Shown: positions 15,893-31,384 of the stretch, in pieces
How positions within the stretch are numbered: position 1 is the stretch's first letter
How the letters are laid out: each line of letters starts with the position of its first letter
Assembly: GCA_951406725.2 (NCBI GenBank)
Contig: OX597826.1
Coordinates: forward strand, 27,590,001-27,654,000
Direction of reading: 5' to 3'
Length of the DNA stretch: 64,000 bases
Source of the DNA: Octopus vulgaris
Taxonomy: Eukaryota
Program-made: the position numbers and the translations under genes
The notes under the pieces: model-generated
The model's database searches: none
What the model saw: only the letters and a program-made list of their open reading frames with translations
What the model was told of the DNA's origin: nothing

Positions 15893-16420
15893 ATGGTTTC
15901 ACATTTTGGCACAAGGCCAGCAATTTCGGAGGGAGCATGTTAGGCTATTACATCGGCCCCATTACTCAACTTATTTTTACGAGCCTGGAAAGATGAAAAG
16001 TAAAGTCAACCTCGAAGGAAATTGAACTCAGAACGTAAAGAAAGACGAAATATATCACTAAGCATTTTGTCTGGCATGCTAATAATGATAATAATAAACC
16101 TTTTTTACTATAGGCGCAAGGCCTGGAATTTTAGGATTGAGGTTAAGTCGATTACATCGACCCCAGTGCGTAACTGGTATTTATCTCATTGAACCCGAAA
16201 GAACGAAAGGCAATATCGACATCGGCGAAATTTGAACTCATAACGTAAGGACGGACGAAATGCCGCTAAGCATTATTCCTGGCGTGCTAACGAAACTGCC
16301 AGCTCTCTAATAATAATAATGATGATAATAATGGTTTCAAATTTTGGCACCAGGCCTGCACGTTCGGTGGAGGTGTGAATCGATTACATTGACCTCAGTG
16401 AATAACTGGTACTTATTTCA
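15893..16420 (-). mobile_element. Cluster of three SINE copies (ggcggcgagctggcag family)
   Basis: Reverse complements of the 11450 family, separated by short TAA runs. Confidence 0.75.
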
Positions 16421-17599
16421 TGGATCATCGAATGTGTTTTGCCACACGCGCTGATATCTCTGCTGGATCGTAGCATTCAGCAAAGTTTTAAATAAAGATA
16501 CCTGCCAAAAAGGTGGAGGAACCTTTCAAAGAGAAATCAAAGAGCAAAAATATATGAAGATGAAAAAGGTGCCAGTAGGTTATTTGTCATTGAAAAACAC
16601 ATTGTTGAGAGTCTAAGATTTCCTTCGATAAAGGATTTTGGATAGCTGAATGATTAAGTCGATGACCCAAGCAGAAGATGGCGGGATTTGAGCACAGAAG
16701 GCACAGAACTAGTGTAAGACATGCGGTCCGAATGCAGTCGACCGTTCTTATATTTTCGCAAATCCACTTCCATCGCTAGAATCTATATTTTCTTCGTCTT
16801 CTCCGACTCCAGGAAAGCAATTTGAGCATGACAGAACTTGAAATCAAAGCTCGGGGAATCAGAACAATTCCACGAGTTATTCTATTCGACTTTCTAACGA
16901 CTTTGTCAAGTCGCCGCAAAGATCTGTAACAATTTCTTTGTTTTGCGAGAAAGATTAATCTAGCTATCTGACGTGTCCATCGCTAGAATCACGGGAAGGT
17001 GTCGAAAAGTCATGAAAATTATTGAAGGATTTTATGCTGAATATGAGTAAGAGAACTGAGGATATACACTTCTTTTTTCTGGCTGAAGAAGTTGATAAGT
17101 TCTACTCAAGGAAGTTCTACTCAAGGAAAACGAAATTTAGGATGGAGAGGGTGGTGATAACGGTCCAGTGAATTTTCTGAATAATATAAGAGGAAGGCGT
17201 GTCTGGGTGTACTCTCACTGTGAACTTGTTGGCTGCGTACCACAACTGGCAAAGGACTTAAGTGACACGTTAGGGGTGCAGATGAAGGTATGAGCTCTGG
17301 GAAATTTCCTGAAAGGTTTCTAAGAAAAGTGCGAATAACGCCGTCCTCATCGTGTACCTGTTGACTGCATAGCACAACTGGCGCAGTGCTTTTGCCATTG
17401 TCTATTTGGATAATTTGGTTACCCTATCCGAACGATATATTTCTGTTTCCTTTCCTTCTTGATCTAATACCTGTTTTCTTATACTCTCGCCACAATATAT
17501 CAGTTCTCGCTTTTTTTTTTTGGGGGGGGGGGTTGTTCTTTTTTTTAAAGAAAATTGATTCTTCTTATGTCACTTTGTCCATCGTTTCCGGCAAATAAT

Positions 17600-17832
17600 A
17601 AATCGACTATAGGTATCATCATCATCGTATATGTATCTTCATCGTCATCGACATCGTTATATCAAATTCGTCACCAGCACCGGCGCGCCAACATCCCCAC
17701 CACCCGCTAGCATCGCCTCCTTATCGCCACTACCACTGCTGTTATCATCCTCACCTTCATCTTCGGCCTTAGCATCACCATCTTTAATCATCACCAACCT
17801 CCTCCTCCTCATCCTCATCCTGATCCTGATCC

Positions 17833-17891
<59 letters not shown>

Positions 17892-18630
17892 GTCATCATC
17901 ATCATCATCACCATCATCATCATCGTCATCATCATCGTCATCATCATCATCATCGTAGTCGTCATCATCATCATCATCATCACCACCACCATCATCAACG
18001 TAATCATAATCATCACGACCAATATCGTCATAGTCATCAAAATCATTTTTCTCCTCCTCTCCTCTTCTCCGTCTCCATCCCTCCACTTTCTCAACCTCCT
18101 CCTCATCCTCATCACAATCATCACCATCATCACAACGACCAACAGCAATAACACCACCACCACCGCCACTGCCTTCTTTATTGATCATTAGTAGACTCCG
18201 CCGTCGCCCCGACGACCAAGGGCGCTGCCAATACCGATATTGCAATCATCATTATCATCATAGTCATGATCACGAGCAAAAAGGGAATTACCGCCGCCAT
18301 CACCATCGTCATTATCCTATCGTTACTGCCAGCACCACCACCACCACCTCCATCTGCATCTTTCTCCTCCTTCTCCTCCTCATCATCATCATCAACATCA
18401 TCGTCATCGCCTTCAACATCGGCGTTCTGATCATCATTATCATCAATATTATTATCATTAGCAAAATTGTTATTGCACGTACTGGTTTGAGTATTCCGTT
18501 ATTAAAGCTGCATCTGTGTCAATGGTGGTGGTGGTGGTGGTGGAGGTGCTGGTGGTGCTGGTGGTGGTATACACAGTGCTGCTGTCCTAGTTGCTGTTCT
18601 TTGTTGTTGTTGTTGTTGTTATTGTTGTAA
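17600..18630. repeat. (CAT/CCT/CAC)n low-complexity tract
   Basis: Degenerate trinucleotide repeats; the overlapping ORFs are homopolymeric. Confidence 0.8.
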
Positions 18631-18964
18631 TTCACTTGAAATCTTCTCCAGAAATTAATATCGAGCAATTAACAGATTTTTAATCAGGAGACAAAGAGAC
18701 AAAGCAGCCACTTGAAATGAGAAGACGAGCCTTGACACTATTGAAGATGACAATAGAGAAATTGGAGGGGAGAGAGCAGAATATTATGCTAAGACGTTAA
18801 GTGGCGCTCTTGCATCTATGCGCGTGCGTGTGTGTACGACTGTCTATATAGCATTATGTATGTATGTGTGTATGTATGCATGCATGTATGTATGTATATT
18901 TATGTATAAGTATACATGTATGTATACATTGTATGCGTATGTGTGTATATACATATCTATGTTA

Positions 18965-18996
<32 letters not shown>

Positions 18997-19025
18997 ATAT
19001 ATGCATGTATACATGTGTATATATG

Positions 19026-19062
<37 letters not shown>

Positions 19063-19116
19063 GTGTGTGTATATATATGCATATATGTATGTATATATAC
19101 ATATATTTAAAAAATA

Positions 19117-19156
<40 letters not shown>

Positions 19157-19200
19157 TAGATGATAGATAGATAGATAGATAGATATATATATGGATATAC

Positions 19201-19232
<32 letters not shown>

Positions 19233-20047
19233 ATGTGGGTGTGTGTGTGTATGTGGGTGTGTGTGTGTGTGTACGCAACACACACACCACTTATAGCGTA
19301 TGCATGTAATATGATATGTGTGTGTGTGTTTGAAATATCTATATGCTTTATAAATATGCCTACGTATACTCATTTCTGTAACGTATTGTGTATAATGTAT
19401 GTGTATAGTTAGATTGATATATAAATATACACACACGTGTGTATATATATATATATATATATACACATATATAGACGTATATACATACCATACAGATGCA
19501 TGCGGACGTACACACATTGGGACCATGTATTACATATAACGCACACGTGTGTGTTTGTGTGTCCCGCCCCTTTGTGTGTAAGCGTGCTGTGCGTGCGACT
19601 ATATGTTGCACCCTTGTGTGGCTAGATTGACGTACGCACGTGGTTGTTATACCGTTGGTAATGAGGTATGAGCAGGTTGGTTTAATTTCACGTTTACGAA
19701 ATCACCTCATGGACTTCAGCAAGCGTGTGCGCGGCTTGTAAGTGAATAGAACACACTTGTTTGTTTTTTTTGCGTTTTCGCTATTTCAGCATCTTTATAT
19801 TATCATGGTGTGCATCTGTGTCTGTCATAGTGCATCTCTGTGTACGTGTACGTGTGGGGGGTTGGGGTTGGGGGGTTCTCTGTGTCTTTGAGCCACATGA
19901 TATTATCCAGGATAACCTGAGGCGAACACGATGACAAGAATTCTTCGGTTTGAACAGTCCAACATTTCTGTGAATTTACCGTATAATTACTCAAGAATTA
20001 TTTGCACCGACAACAGATTGGCATTTTGATTATTATTATTATTATTA

Positions 20048-20101
<54 letters not shown>

Positions 20102-20103
20102 GT

Positions 20104-20159
<56 letters not shown>

Positions 20160-20544
20160 CATTATTATTTTTGTTGTCATCATTGTCATCGTAACTTTTT
20201 GTATTATTAATCTTATCAAAAATATTTTTACTAGTATTGTAATAATTCATCATCATCGTTATATTATCATCATCATCTATCATTATTATTAATATTACTA
20301 TTATTATTATTATTATTATTGTTATTATTATTATTATTATTATTATCATTATTATTATTATCATCATTATCATTATTATTTATTTTCTCATATATATTTC
20401 AATTAAATCATTATCTCCTTGCCGTAATCTTTTTCTTATTTTTTTATTTTATGATTTTTTTAAAAATTCTCGTCCTTTGTTTCTTACAGCGAGAAAGTAT
20501 GTCATTTAATCCAGGATTTTACGAAATTATTCAGTCTATTGTTT

Positions 20545-20616
<72 letters not shown>

Positions 20617-20670
20617 CAGCAGCAGAAGCAGCAGCAGAGTAGTAGTAGTAGCAGCAGCAGCAGCAGTAGC

Positions 20671-20725
<55 letters not shown>

Positions 20726-20929
20726 ATAGTAGTAGTTATCTGAATTTTACTGATAAAGTTGTAGTTTCGTTGCAGCATGTCTTTTCTAATGATATCATGT
20801 CAATTAGAACTAGCCGACCCACTAATTACTGTGGTATTTAATTATGTCGATGTCTGTTTAGTAAATGACTTAGCAACAGCCTCTTAAAGTACTCTCTTCT
20901 GAAATTAAGGTACATGTTTGCGTTCAGGG

Positions 20930-20978
20930 ACTGATTTAGACTTACACTGATTTAGACTTACACTGATTTAGACTTACA
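20930..20978. repeat. 16-bp tandem repeat x3 (ctgatttagacttaca)
   Basis: Seen directly. Confidence 0.85.
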
Positions 20979-21042
20979 CAAACGTGTGTATGCGGGTGTG
21001 TGTGTATGAGTGTGTTTGCATGTGCCAATATACATATATTCA

Positions 21043-21088
<46 letters not shown>

Positions 21089-21184
21089 CATAGATGTATG
21101 CATATATGTATGTATAAGCACACACATATATGTTTGTATATATAAAGAAGTACACAAGTATATATGCCTGTTAAATAAAATGAG

Positions 21185-21216
<32 letters not shown>

Positions 21217-21232
21217 AAATATACATACAAGC

Positions 21233-21335
<103 letters not shown>

Positions 21336-21850
21336 TGTTTGTGTGTGTGTGTGTGTGTGTATAATGATTTGTAATTGAGGCAGAAGGCAGTAATTTTGAC
21401 GGTAGGATTTTCGAAGAAACCCTTACCCCAGTATTTCACGGGTTTTATATTTTCTCGTCCTAGGAGGAAAAATACTAAGGTTTCATCGGCAGGATCTGAA
21501 CTTCGAACCTGTCATTTTTCCCACGCTCTGACGTTTCTACCAAATTGTCTTAAATGTGTGCGCGCGCGCGTATGTGTGTGTATGCGCGTGTGTGTGTCTA
21601 TGTATGCTTGTATGCATATAAGTATATTCTTTTGAAACATATGCTAGTTAACCCATGGCTGCGACCCTGTCAGTTGCCACTACACCAGATCAGAGCAAAC
21701 CTGAGAATAGTAGTGGCTAGGATGCAACTCCACACTCTTCAAAACCGCCAGGGCGTGCAGTAAAACCACTGAGTGTGAGGGCTTCCAAGCTATTGGCACA
21801 ACGTCCTTCTAAGTGCAGGATTACTGGTCACCTCTCTTCGGCCTGTCACT

Positions 21851-22078
21851 AGGCGATCTGGCAGAAACGTTAGCACGCCGGGCGAAATGCGTAGCCGTAT
21901 TTCGTCTGCCGTTACGTTCTGAGTTCAAATTCCGCCGAGATCGACTTTGCCTTTCATCATTTCGGGGTCGATTAAATAAGTACCAGTTACGCACTGGGTC
22001 GATATAATCGACTTAATCCGTTTGTCTATCCTTGTTTGTCCTCTCTGTGTTTAGACCCTTGTGGGTAGTAAAGAAATA
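21851..22078 (+). mobile_element. tRNA-derived SINE with LINE-like 3' tail
   Basis: Same head and body as the 11450 family, but ends ccttgtttgtcctctctgtgtttagacccttgtgggtagtaaagaaat. Confidence 0.85.
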
Positions 22079-24721
22079 TGTCACTAGGTACTAATATCGG
22101 AGACCCGGGGAATGCTATTTATATTGTTCAAGCGTTTGTCATTGTAATCTAGTGATGTACAGATGACTTTTTATGATGACCATATTTGTACCCCCAACAA
22201 CTGAAATCCTAATGGCGACAGGAGAATCGTGACGCATGCACATCTAACCAGTCGTATGTGCACAGAAAGTTACGACTTTCGTCTGTCAACTCTGCTTCAA
22301 ACCATGTCGATATGCGTTGTGGCTGAGTTGCCATTTGAGAGGTCGTGGGTGTAAAATCTGAAATACCATTAATAACGAGAAAGCACAAGGAGATAATAAT
22401 CAGCTATAAAGATGATGCAATCAACAATTTCTTTTAGCAATGACGTGTGATAATATCGGGATCTTTTAGCATCTCTGCAATTAATATTTTCAAAGTGAAT
22501 TCGTTCATATGCATGTACAAGCATGAAATTTCGGGCTTCTTATTGAATCAGTGAGCGAACATGTACTTTTCTGCAGTACACATGTTGCATCTCTTTCCTC
22601 CAATTGAATACTGCTTTGTAGTTTTCACCATAATCTAACTAACTGTTATATTCATACTTTTGTATCTTTCATTTTCGAGATGTATTTGGATAGTATGATG
22701 TATTTGATTGTGGCTTTAAAGAATTCGTGTACCGCGTTTATATGATTTTAAATGCATTTTCCTTGCGAATAACATAGTTCTACTTGGTTTCTTCTAAACT
22801 AGGTACCATTTCCCTTAACCCATTCACATTCATGAAGCAATTCTCGTTAACTGAACAGGCAGTAGTGTTTCTGCAATTTCATTTCCACAGTTGGGTTCCA
22901 GTATTTTTGTTTCTAAGTAGTTGGTTTTTTTATTGGCCGTTTGAGATATTATATCATTTAAGCAGCTGAATAACTTAAACATCATTCTTATTCAAGAGTG
23001 CATGTTATTTATGAGTTACGGTTAGCACATTTATTTACCAGGCACAGAAAATTGCCAGCTATATTACATTCTATGATCATACAATATGGGTGAAGGGGTT
23101 AAACGATAACGATATGATAGTTAATTTTTTCTATTCCTATTTGCGGTGCATTTTCCACATAATCTAGTTATTTTTTTTATTTGTATCCACTTCTTTTTAA
23201 TGCGTTATTATACTAAGGGTTCGATTCGATTAGCTGTGTACATATCGGAGGATAAGTTAGATATTCTCCTGCGCTTATTGCGTATTGAGCTTTTTAATGA
23301 TTACAAGTGGATTGTTAACGTTTCTCTCTATATATTTTATATCCTTATTTTGTTTTCTTTTATACAATAATACTCGCCTGTAGTGAAGTCTAATGCAATG
23401 TCTCAAAAAAATTGGCGTTTCGAAAATTAGTGCTAACGGTCATCTCTAAGTTAAATACTTAAAATATGCTAATTAGATCTTTCTTAAATTTTTCTCTATG
23501 CTGTCGTCGTTCATTACGCGACAGACTCGCAGCTAGTTTTCTCGATATAATCCTCTGCTAAGGGAGTTTGTTCTTTTCTTAGGGGTATCTAGATTATAAA
23601 GGCCGAGAGTTCGTAAACTTCCGCCTCATTTGATTAGGCAGGGTAAGGGTTGAGGTAAGATTGTTGGAGGCTAATGACGAATTGATGGTGGTGGTGGTAA
23701 TGGTGGTGGTGGTGATTGTGGTGGTGGTGGTATTGTTCTTGTTGGTGGTGGTTGTGGTTGTAGTGGGGATGTTGGTGTTGTTGTTGTTGGTAGTTGTGAT
23801 GGTGGTGATGGTGGTGGTTGTCGTCGTAACGTTGGTGGCGTGATAGGGATGAGGGATATAATGGTGGCTGCAGGAGACTTTATGGGTAGCGATGGTGGTG
23901 ATGATGCTTGAGTATTTGTAACAGCCGTGGATATTGTCTTGGTAGCGATGGTGATTGTTGCTATGGTGTTGGTGTGGAGGTGATGGTAGTGGAGTGAGGA
24001 TTATGGTGGCGGTGTGGGTGTGGTGCTGGTTGTGATGATATTGTGGCGGTGAAGGTAGTGATAATGACGGTGCTGTTATGTAAATGGAATGACAGAAACG
24101 GTGAAAAATAAGGCAGACCCAATCATATTTTGTAAGTAAAGGGGAGAGGGTGAGGCGAGTCAGTGGGGTCGAGACGTTGAAAGAGGGTGTGAGTAAAGTA
24201 GAGAGAGAAGAAGAAGAAGAAGAAGAAGAAGAAGAAGAAGAAGGAGGAGGAGGAGGAGGAGGAGAAGAAGAAGGAGAGGAAGAAGAAGAAGAAGAAGAAG
24301 AAGAAGAAGGAGAAGAAGAAGAAGAAGAAGAAGAAGAAGAAGAAGAAGAAGAAAGAAAAGAGATGAGGTATGGAGCGAGAGAGAGAAGAGGAGACAGACA
24401 GGCGGAGAGAGATAGAGAGAAAGAGAGAGAGAGAAAGAGACAGAGACAAAGTGAAGGAGACAGTATCTTTTATATTTTATATTTTTACCTGCTTCATTCA
24501 TTACACTGCAGACATGGTGGGGCACCGCTGGTACTCATTCTATCGGTTCTTTTTTTGTCAAGACGCTATGTCACGGGGTCGTAAACACACCAACACCGGT
24601 TATCACGCGTTGATGAGTGAAAAACACAGATACAAAGACGCACATACACATACACACAAACAAACACAATCATATATACATACATGCATATATACACACA
24701 TGCATATATACATATATATAC

Positions 24722-24787
<66 letters not shown>

Positions 24788-25832
24788 CTAGTTTCTTTTA
24801 ATTTCTGTCCACCGCATCCACTCCCAAGAATTTGGCCGACCCGAGGCAATAGCGGTAAAGAGTTGCCGAAGTTGCCACGCGGTGGGACTGAACCATATGG
24901 TTGGGAAGCAAGCTTCTTTTCTAAGCAGATAAGGTAAGAGAGAGAGAGAGAGAGAGAGGTTAACAGAGATGGAAATAGAGAGAAGCAAAAGGAGAGAAGG
25001 AATGGCTATGCGAGAAAATAGAAGAAGAACCAAGAATAAAGAGAGAAGTGCATAAAATGAAAGAGAGAAAGAGAGGCAGAATGAAAAGGGATAAAATATG
25101 AAGAATGAGAGGAGAAAGAAAAAATTATGGGAGAAGAAAGATTGTAAATGGGAAATCTTAGAAGGAGGAAAAATGATTAGAAAAGATTGAGAAAGAGAGA
25201 GAAGAAAATGAGAAAGGGCGTGGGTGAGAGAGAAAAATAGGAGAGAGAAAAATAAGAGAGGAAAGGAGCAAGACAGTCAGTGTTAAGGAGAGGGAGAGAA
25301 TGAAGAGAGAGAGAGAGAGGAAGAAAGGAGAAAGAGGAAGAAAGGAGAAAGAGGAAGAAAGGAGAAAGAGGAAGAAAGGAGAAAGAGTAAATGTGTGTGA
25401 GAGAGGGGAAGAAAACAATGAAGAAAAAACCAGACAGGGTGAGGCGTAGTGAGAGGAGAAGGAAAGAGCGAAGAGGAAAACTAAAATAGCATTAGATATC
25501 ATCTGGTGGATTTTATTCGATTTGGTCAGACTCGAACCCCATATCCCTCTTGATCCTATGTAGCATTTGAAGGGTCATCAGGGCAGAATTTGTTGTCCAT
25601 ACAGATATGGTATATGTAGGGTTTTGTGTTTCTTTTTACTGGACAGCCGACCGTGTGTGCCTGTTTCCAGAATGATAAACTCCTCTTTCCAATGGTCGTT
25701 GGATGATTTCAATGAGCAACACGTAGAGGAAGCGATACAGTCTGAGATAATGGAGGAAGGGATGTTGAGAGAGAGAGGGGGAATGGTGAGAGGGTTCGGA
25801 GATAGAAGACAGGAAAAGGAGATATCAATAAG

Positions 25833-25890
<58 letters not shown>

Positions 25891-25891
25891 T

Positions 25892-27595
25892 GTTTCTTTA
25901 TTAGCCACACAGGGCTGCACACAGATAGAACAAATTACAAGGTAGAGCTTTTCTTTTGAAGGTAAAAAAAAAAAGAAAAGGGGGGGGGGGCGATCAAAAG
26001 GGATCGTAAAAGGAGAGAAAGAGGACAAAAAAAGGTGGGGGTTAAAAAAAAAATTGATCAATAGGGATCATTATCACAGAAATGTCAATATGAAGTGTAA
26101 AGGGGAGGACAGGTGAGGTTTACCCGTGGAAAGAAAAGCCTACGGAAAAGACCACGGTAACCTCGGTCAATGCAACTCTGTATTAATTAATAAGCAACTC
26201 TGTATTAATTTTTACGGTTCATAGAATCATAGTCAAGGTGGCTTCGTCATTCATACGTGCTATCCTTGCTACATTCACCCATCTTTTTTTAAAACATTCA
26301 CTAGACAAAACTTGCCTCTCTACTCACTTTTTCTTCAAGTGATACTTGAAGAAGTTGATGAGAGATTGACCAGAGAGGAAAGTGTTTGTCTCTAATCCTT
26401 TCAGGCGCGTCCACCAGATACATTCTTTCGCCATAGCCACAAGTATGATAAAAATAGCTCTTCCTTCCCGTTTGAAGGAAGGAGGCGTGACGATATTAAT
26501 GATAGACTCGGCTGATAAACCGACACGTCCCACACGTGACAGCAGTCGTTCGACATAAGCCCACAGGTGGGAAATTGCTGGACACTGCACGATTGCGTGC
26601 AGAGCGGTTTCGTCGCTCTGCCCGCATCTCGGGCAGGTCGGCCCCGTGTTTCTCGAGCCATGCCTATAGAGCTTATCCCCAACGGGTAGCGCTTCTCGGT
26701 AGCACCGCCAGGCCAGGGATCTCTGGAAGTTGTCCATAGGTCCCGGGCCGAAAGTCGTTTGAAACAGGCGGGTCAGGTATTCCTCGTCGACGCCCAGGTT
26801 TGCCCCGAGCTCGTCGTCGTACCTCCCCTCCACTAATCCCCTATAGAATGCTTTGGTTGCGTTGAAGTCACTCAAGGTCGACCCGGGACGGCAGAGTTGC
26901 TTGAGAGCAACGCGACACTCGCGGTGCCATTCGCCCTTCCTCGGCCTCTTTTTGATCCACGACTGTAGTTCGGTCATGGAGACGAGTTGCGGGAATGCGT
27001 GCCTCACAAACGGCGACCACACCTGTTCACCGTCGTCTACATGGAGCCGGAGATGGCGCAGTCTCAGCGCGTGTCTGCGCATCATCAACCACGGCATGCC
27101 CAGCCCTCCTTTTAACGGGTGTTGACAGCAAATGGATCGCCTGACCATCGGGACGCATCCTTTCCACAAGAAGCGGAAGAGGATGCGTTCTAGTTTGGTG
27201 ATGGTAGGGTCGGGACAAGGTACGACGGTCAGGCGGTAGTAGATGATGGACGCGATGTACGCGTTCACCACCTCCGCCCGACCTTTTAGGGACAGTTTCC
27301 TCTCGGCCCATTGCTGGGCGAGAGTGACCACCCTACTCGTTATCTCGTTCCAGTTCTTCTCCATTTGGAGGTCCGGACCGAACCAGACCCCGAGCAACTC
27401 AACCGGGCCGTCTGTCCAGCGTCCCACGACGGAGGTACTGGTAGACGGCATGGGCTTGCTTCTCCAGGTGCCGAGCCATAAGCCCACTGACTTTTCCCGG
27501 TTGATTTTTGCTCCTGTCACCGCTTCGTAGTCTTTCAGTGTCTCGCCGACCCGCTCGATGTGCTCGTGGCTTGACACTATGACGGTGACGTCGCC

Positions 27596-27596
<1 letters not shown>
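25892..27596 (-). mobile_element. 5'-truncated L1/Tx1-type LINE in (GATA)n, subfamily B
   Basis: The 417-aa ORF 26324-27577 is closely similar to the C-terminal third of ORF2 at 42202-45651. Truncated at the YADD motif, small indel near the C-terminus, 3' UTR ending aataaagaaaca. GATA tracts on both sides. Confidence 0.95.
26324..27577 (-). pseudogene. Truncated LINE ORF2 (RT C-terminal region and zinc finger)
   Basis: [39 protein letters not shown]. Confidence 0.9.
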
Positions 27597-27679
<83 letters not shown>

Positions 27680-27680
27680 T

Positions 27681-27727
<47 letters not shown>

Positions 27728-27744
27728 GGATGGATGGATGGATG

Positions 27745-27817
<73 letters not shown>

Positions 27818-27828
27818 CTAGATAGATA
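27597..27828. repeat. (GATA)n microsatellite at LINE 5' junction
   Basis: Seen directly. Confidence 0.95.
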
Positions 27829-28586
27829 GGGCATAGTCATTTCAGAGTGACACTGAGAGAAAAGACGGCACATAATAACATGAAAATGAATGAGAACAGA
27901 ATATTATATTTATGCTAATTTCGAGGAAACAGAAAAAGAAGAGGGAAAGGCAGAGTGCATAATAAAGTGGAGAAGTGAGATAGAACATGATGGTGCTGGT
28001 GATAGAGCGAGAATGTACATGATAATGTGGACAAGAGAGACACGTGACTGAGCATAATAATGTAGAGAAAATAGAGAAAAAGAAATACAATGTATTAATA
28101 TGGGCAATAATGTATGCAGAACATAAATTAACATGAAGCGGTGGGGGTGGGGAGTATGATAATATGGAAAAATAAAAGATGAAACAGAAAATGATAATGT
28201 AGAAATGATGGTAGAGAAAGAAGGTGAGAGAAGCAGAGACAGAGAGACAGAGAGGTAGTGAGAGGGATAGGCAGAAAGAGAGGGAGAGAGAGTTTGAAAG
28301 TTTGAAGGCGGGAAAAGAAAACGGAGCTTGATAACGTGGAGGAGGGAAAAGAGAATATGAAAGAGAAATACGTGATAAGGAAGAGCGAAAATAGCAAGAG
28401 AGAGAGGGAGAGGGGGAGAGAGGGAGAGGGGGAGAGAGGGAGAGAAAGGAGAGAAAGGAGAGAGTGTGTGTGTGAGAGAGAGAGAGAGAGACACACACAC
28501 AGAAAGAGGGACACACACACACAGAAGGAGAGTGAGACACATAAACACAGAGAAAGAGATAGAGAGAGAGATATACGCACACACTC

Positions 28587-28623
<37 letters not shown>

Positions 28624-29237
28624 CACACATAAACAGAAAGAGAGCGAGAGAGAGAGAGGGCTGGTTGATATGATAATGTCGAAAGAAAACCGAGTGGAAC
28701 ATGATAATGTGGCGAGGAGAGATAGAGAGAAATGCAGGAGGAGATAATGTAGGGGACAGATATGATAATGTTGGAAGCTGGTGCATGAAGATGTGGCGGT
28801 GAGCTGCTGCGTGATAATGTAGGGGAAAGAAAGAAATGTGATGTGATGCTTAGAAGAAGGAAAGGAAGAGAAAGATAGACAGAGGATGAGAGCAATAGAG
28901 AAAGAGTAAGAGAAGGGGAAGAAGGCAGAGAGTGAAGAAAGTAAGGGAGAGAGATAAACAGAGAGAGGGAGGGAGAAAGAGAGAGAAATGTTGTGCGTCT
29001 GAGACACACAGCAAGAGAAATAAAGACACCGTGAATCAGTGTTAGCGGGAGAAATATATGTGGAGAGAGAGAGAAAAAGAGAGAAAGAACGTTGATCGTG
29101 TGTGTGCGTCTGTATGTGTGTGTGTGTGTGTGTGGTGGAGTTAAAAAAATAGAGAGAGAGAGAGGGAGAGACAGAGAGAGAAAGAAAGAGAGAGGGAGAA
29201 TTATCGTAATAGAGAGACAGAGAGGCAGAAAGACGAA

Positions 29238-29640
29238 GGGAAGTGGTGCGCTCGTGATAAAGACAGTGACAGAGATACGGACGTTGAGAGAAAAAGATGG
29301 GAAATGAAATTTGTGGATTGAGGGAGAGAGAGAGAGAGGAAGGGAGAAAGAGAGAGAGAGAGAAGGGGTGTTATCGAAACAGATATACAGAGATGGAGAA
29401 AGATGGAGGGAAGTGGTGCGTGCGTGATAAAGACAGTGACAGAGATATAGACATTGGTAGAAAAAGATGGGAAAAGAAATTTGTGGATTGACAGAGAGAA
29501 AGAGAGAGAAAGAGAGAAGAGAGAGAGAGACAAAGAGATGGTATATGTGTGATAAAGGCAGACTTAGAAAGAGAGAGGGAGAGAGAGAGAGACAGAGAGA
29601 CAGAAAGATGGTATATGTGTGATAAAGGCAGACTTAGAAA
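29238..29640. repeat. Short local direct duplications in a GA-rich tract
   Basis: 29238-29320 matches 29408-29491; 29535-29570 matches 29605-29640. Confidence 0.7.
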
Positions 29641-29959
29641 CAGAGAGAAGGAACAGAAAAGAAAAAGTCAGTGCAAGAGAGAGAGAGAGAGAGAGAGAGG
29701 CAGACAGACAGACAGATAGACAGGCATAGAGAGAGAGAGAGACAGAGACAGAGAGATTGCGTCTGGTCAAGGGGGACAGAAGGAGAAATTCACACAAAAG
29801 AAGTGTGACAATTGTATTGATATTTAAATGGTGTGCAAGGTTTCAAATGTGACTTCAAGCCAATTTCATTCCTTTTGGCATTGTGAAGGAATCAATACAA
29901 TACAATGTTAGGTGTCTGGGTGGGGGTGGGAAAGTGAGGTGACGTGATAGGTGAGGGTG

Positions 29960-31045
29960 TGTGAAGGGGATCATGGTGTTGTTGGTGGTGGTAGTGATAC
30001 AGGTGGTGCCGTGATAATGGTAGTGGTGCTTATAGTGGTAATATAATAACGGGATAGTATGACGGTGGCGGTGGTGATGGTTCATCCTCGATTACAGTAG
30101 TGGTTGCGGTGGCGGTTGTAGTTTTGGTGATGGCGATAATGTTGAAGTGATACTGTGGTACTGGTGCTGGTGTAGGTGGCGTGGCAGATTGTGGAGGGGG
30201 TCTAAGTGATGGCGTTAGCGGCGACATTGCAAACTGTTGTAGTAGTGGTGGTGGTGGTGGTGGCGTTGGTTGTGGTAGTGGTTGTAGTAATGGTAGCAGC
30301 AATGATGGTAGCGGTACTGTTGATTCTAGAGACAGCTGTGGTAGTAGTTGCGGTATTAGTGGTGGTGGTGGTGGTGGCACTCAGAGGATATGGTGGTGGA
30401 CGCGGTGGTAAGGCTGGTGGTGGCGGTGGTGGTGTTGGTGGTGGTGTTGGTGGTGATGGTAGTGATAGTACTGAGATGATACGGTGGTGGACGCGGTGGT
30501 AGGGTAATGGTAGTGGTGGCGGAAGTGGTGGTGGTGGTTGTAGTGGTGGTGATGGTGGAGGGGAGAGATTTTGTGGTGATGTTGATACATTTTACAGTAC
30601 GGGTAGTGGTAATGTTGATTACGAAGATAGTGGTGGTAATAGTCGCCATGTTGTTGCTACAGGTTGTAGTGGTGTTGGTGGTGTTGGTGTTGGTGGTGGC
30701 GGTTGTGGCACCGGGATGGTGGTTGTGTTAAAGACTGACAATTTCATGCATTCGTTTCAATGGTAGTAGCAGTGAGAGTGATGCTGAGCGTGGTGGGGAG
30801 GAATGGCCGTAGTAGTAGATGTGTTAGTGGTACTGTTGGTTCTAGATGCTGTACTGGTATGGGTTGTACTGGTGGTGATAGTGGTGGGGGTGGGGATGAT
30901 GGTGGTGGTGGTCGTCGTCGTCGTTGTGCTGGTTGCTATCGTCTTAAACGTTGGTCGTGGTGAGAGTGGTGATGACGATGATGCTGGTAGTGGTAGAAGA
31001 GATGGGTGTTTGGTGGTGGTGGGGGGGGATATAGCGGTGGAAGTT
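29960..31045. repeat. (GGT)n-derived low-complexity tract
   Basis: Degenerate GGT/GAT/GTT repeats. Confidence 0.8.
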
Positions 31046-31118
31046 TTAGACTTGTTTAAAAGACATCAATGGGCAGAGAGAGATCGATTGATCGACAAAC
31101 AGACAGACAGACTGACAG

Positions 31119-31149
<31 letters not shown>

Positions 31150-31188
31150 CAGTCAGACAGACAGACAGACAAACAGACAGATAGATAT

Positions 31189-31219
<31 letters not shown>

Positions 31220-31289
31220 CATACATACATACATACATACATACATACATACATACATACATACATACATACATACATAGATATATATA

Positions 31290-31384
31290 TTTCTTTATTA
31301 GCTACACAGGGCTGCACACAGACGGGACAAATTACAAGGTAGAGCTTTTCTTTTTGGGGATAAAAAAGTGGGGTTGGTTTGGTT

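Noticed and set aside
20930-20978. Short direct repeats as a possible CRISPR-like array (also 17100-17128 and 1414-1470)
   Set aside because: No spacers, only two or three units, eukaryotic context.
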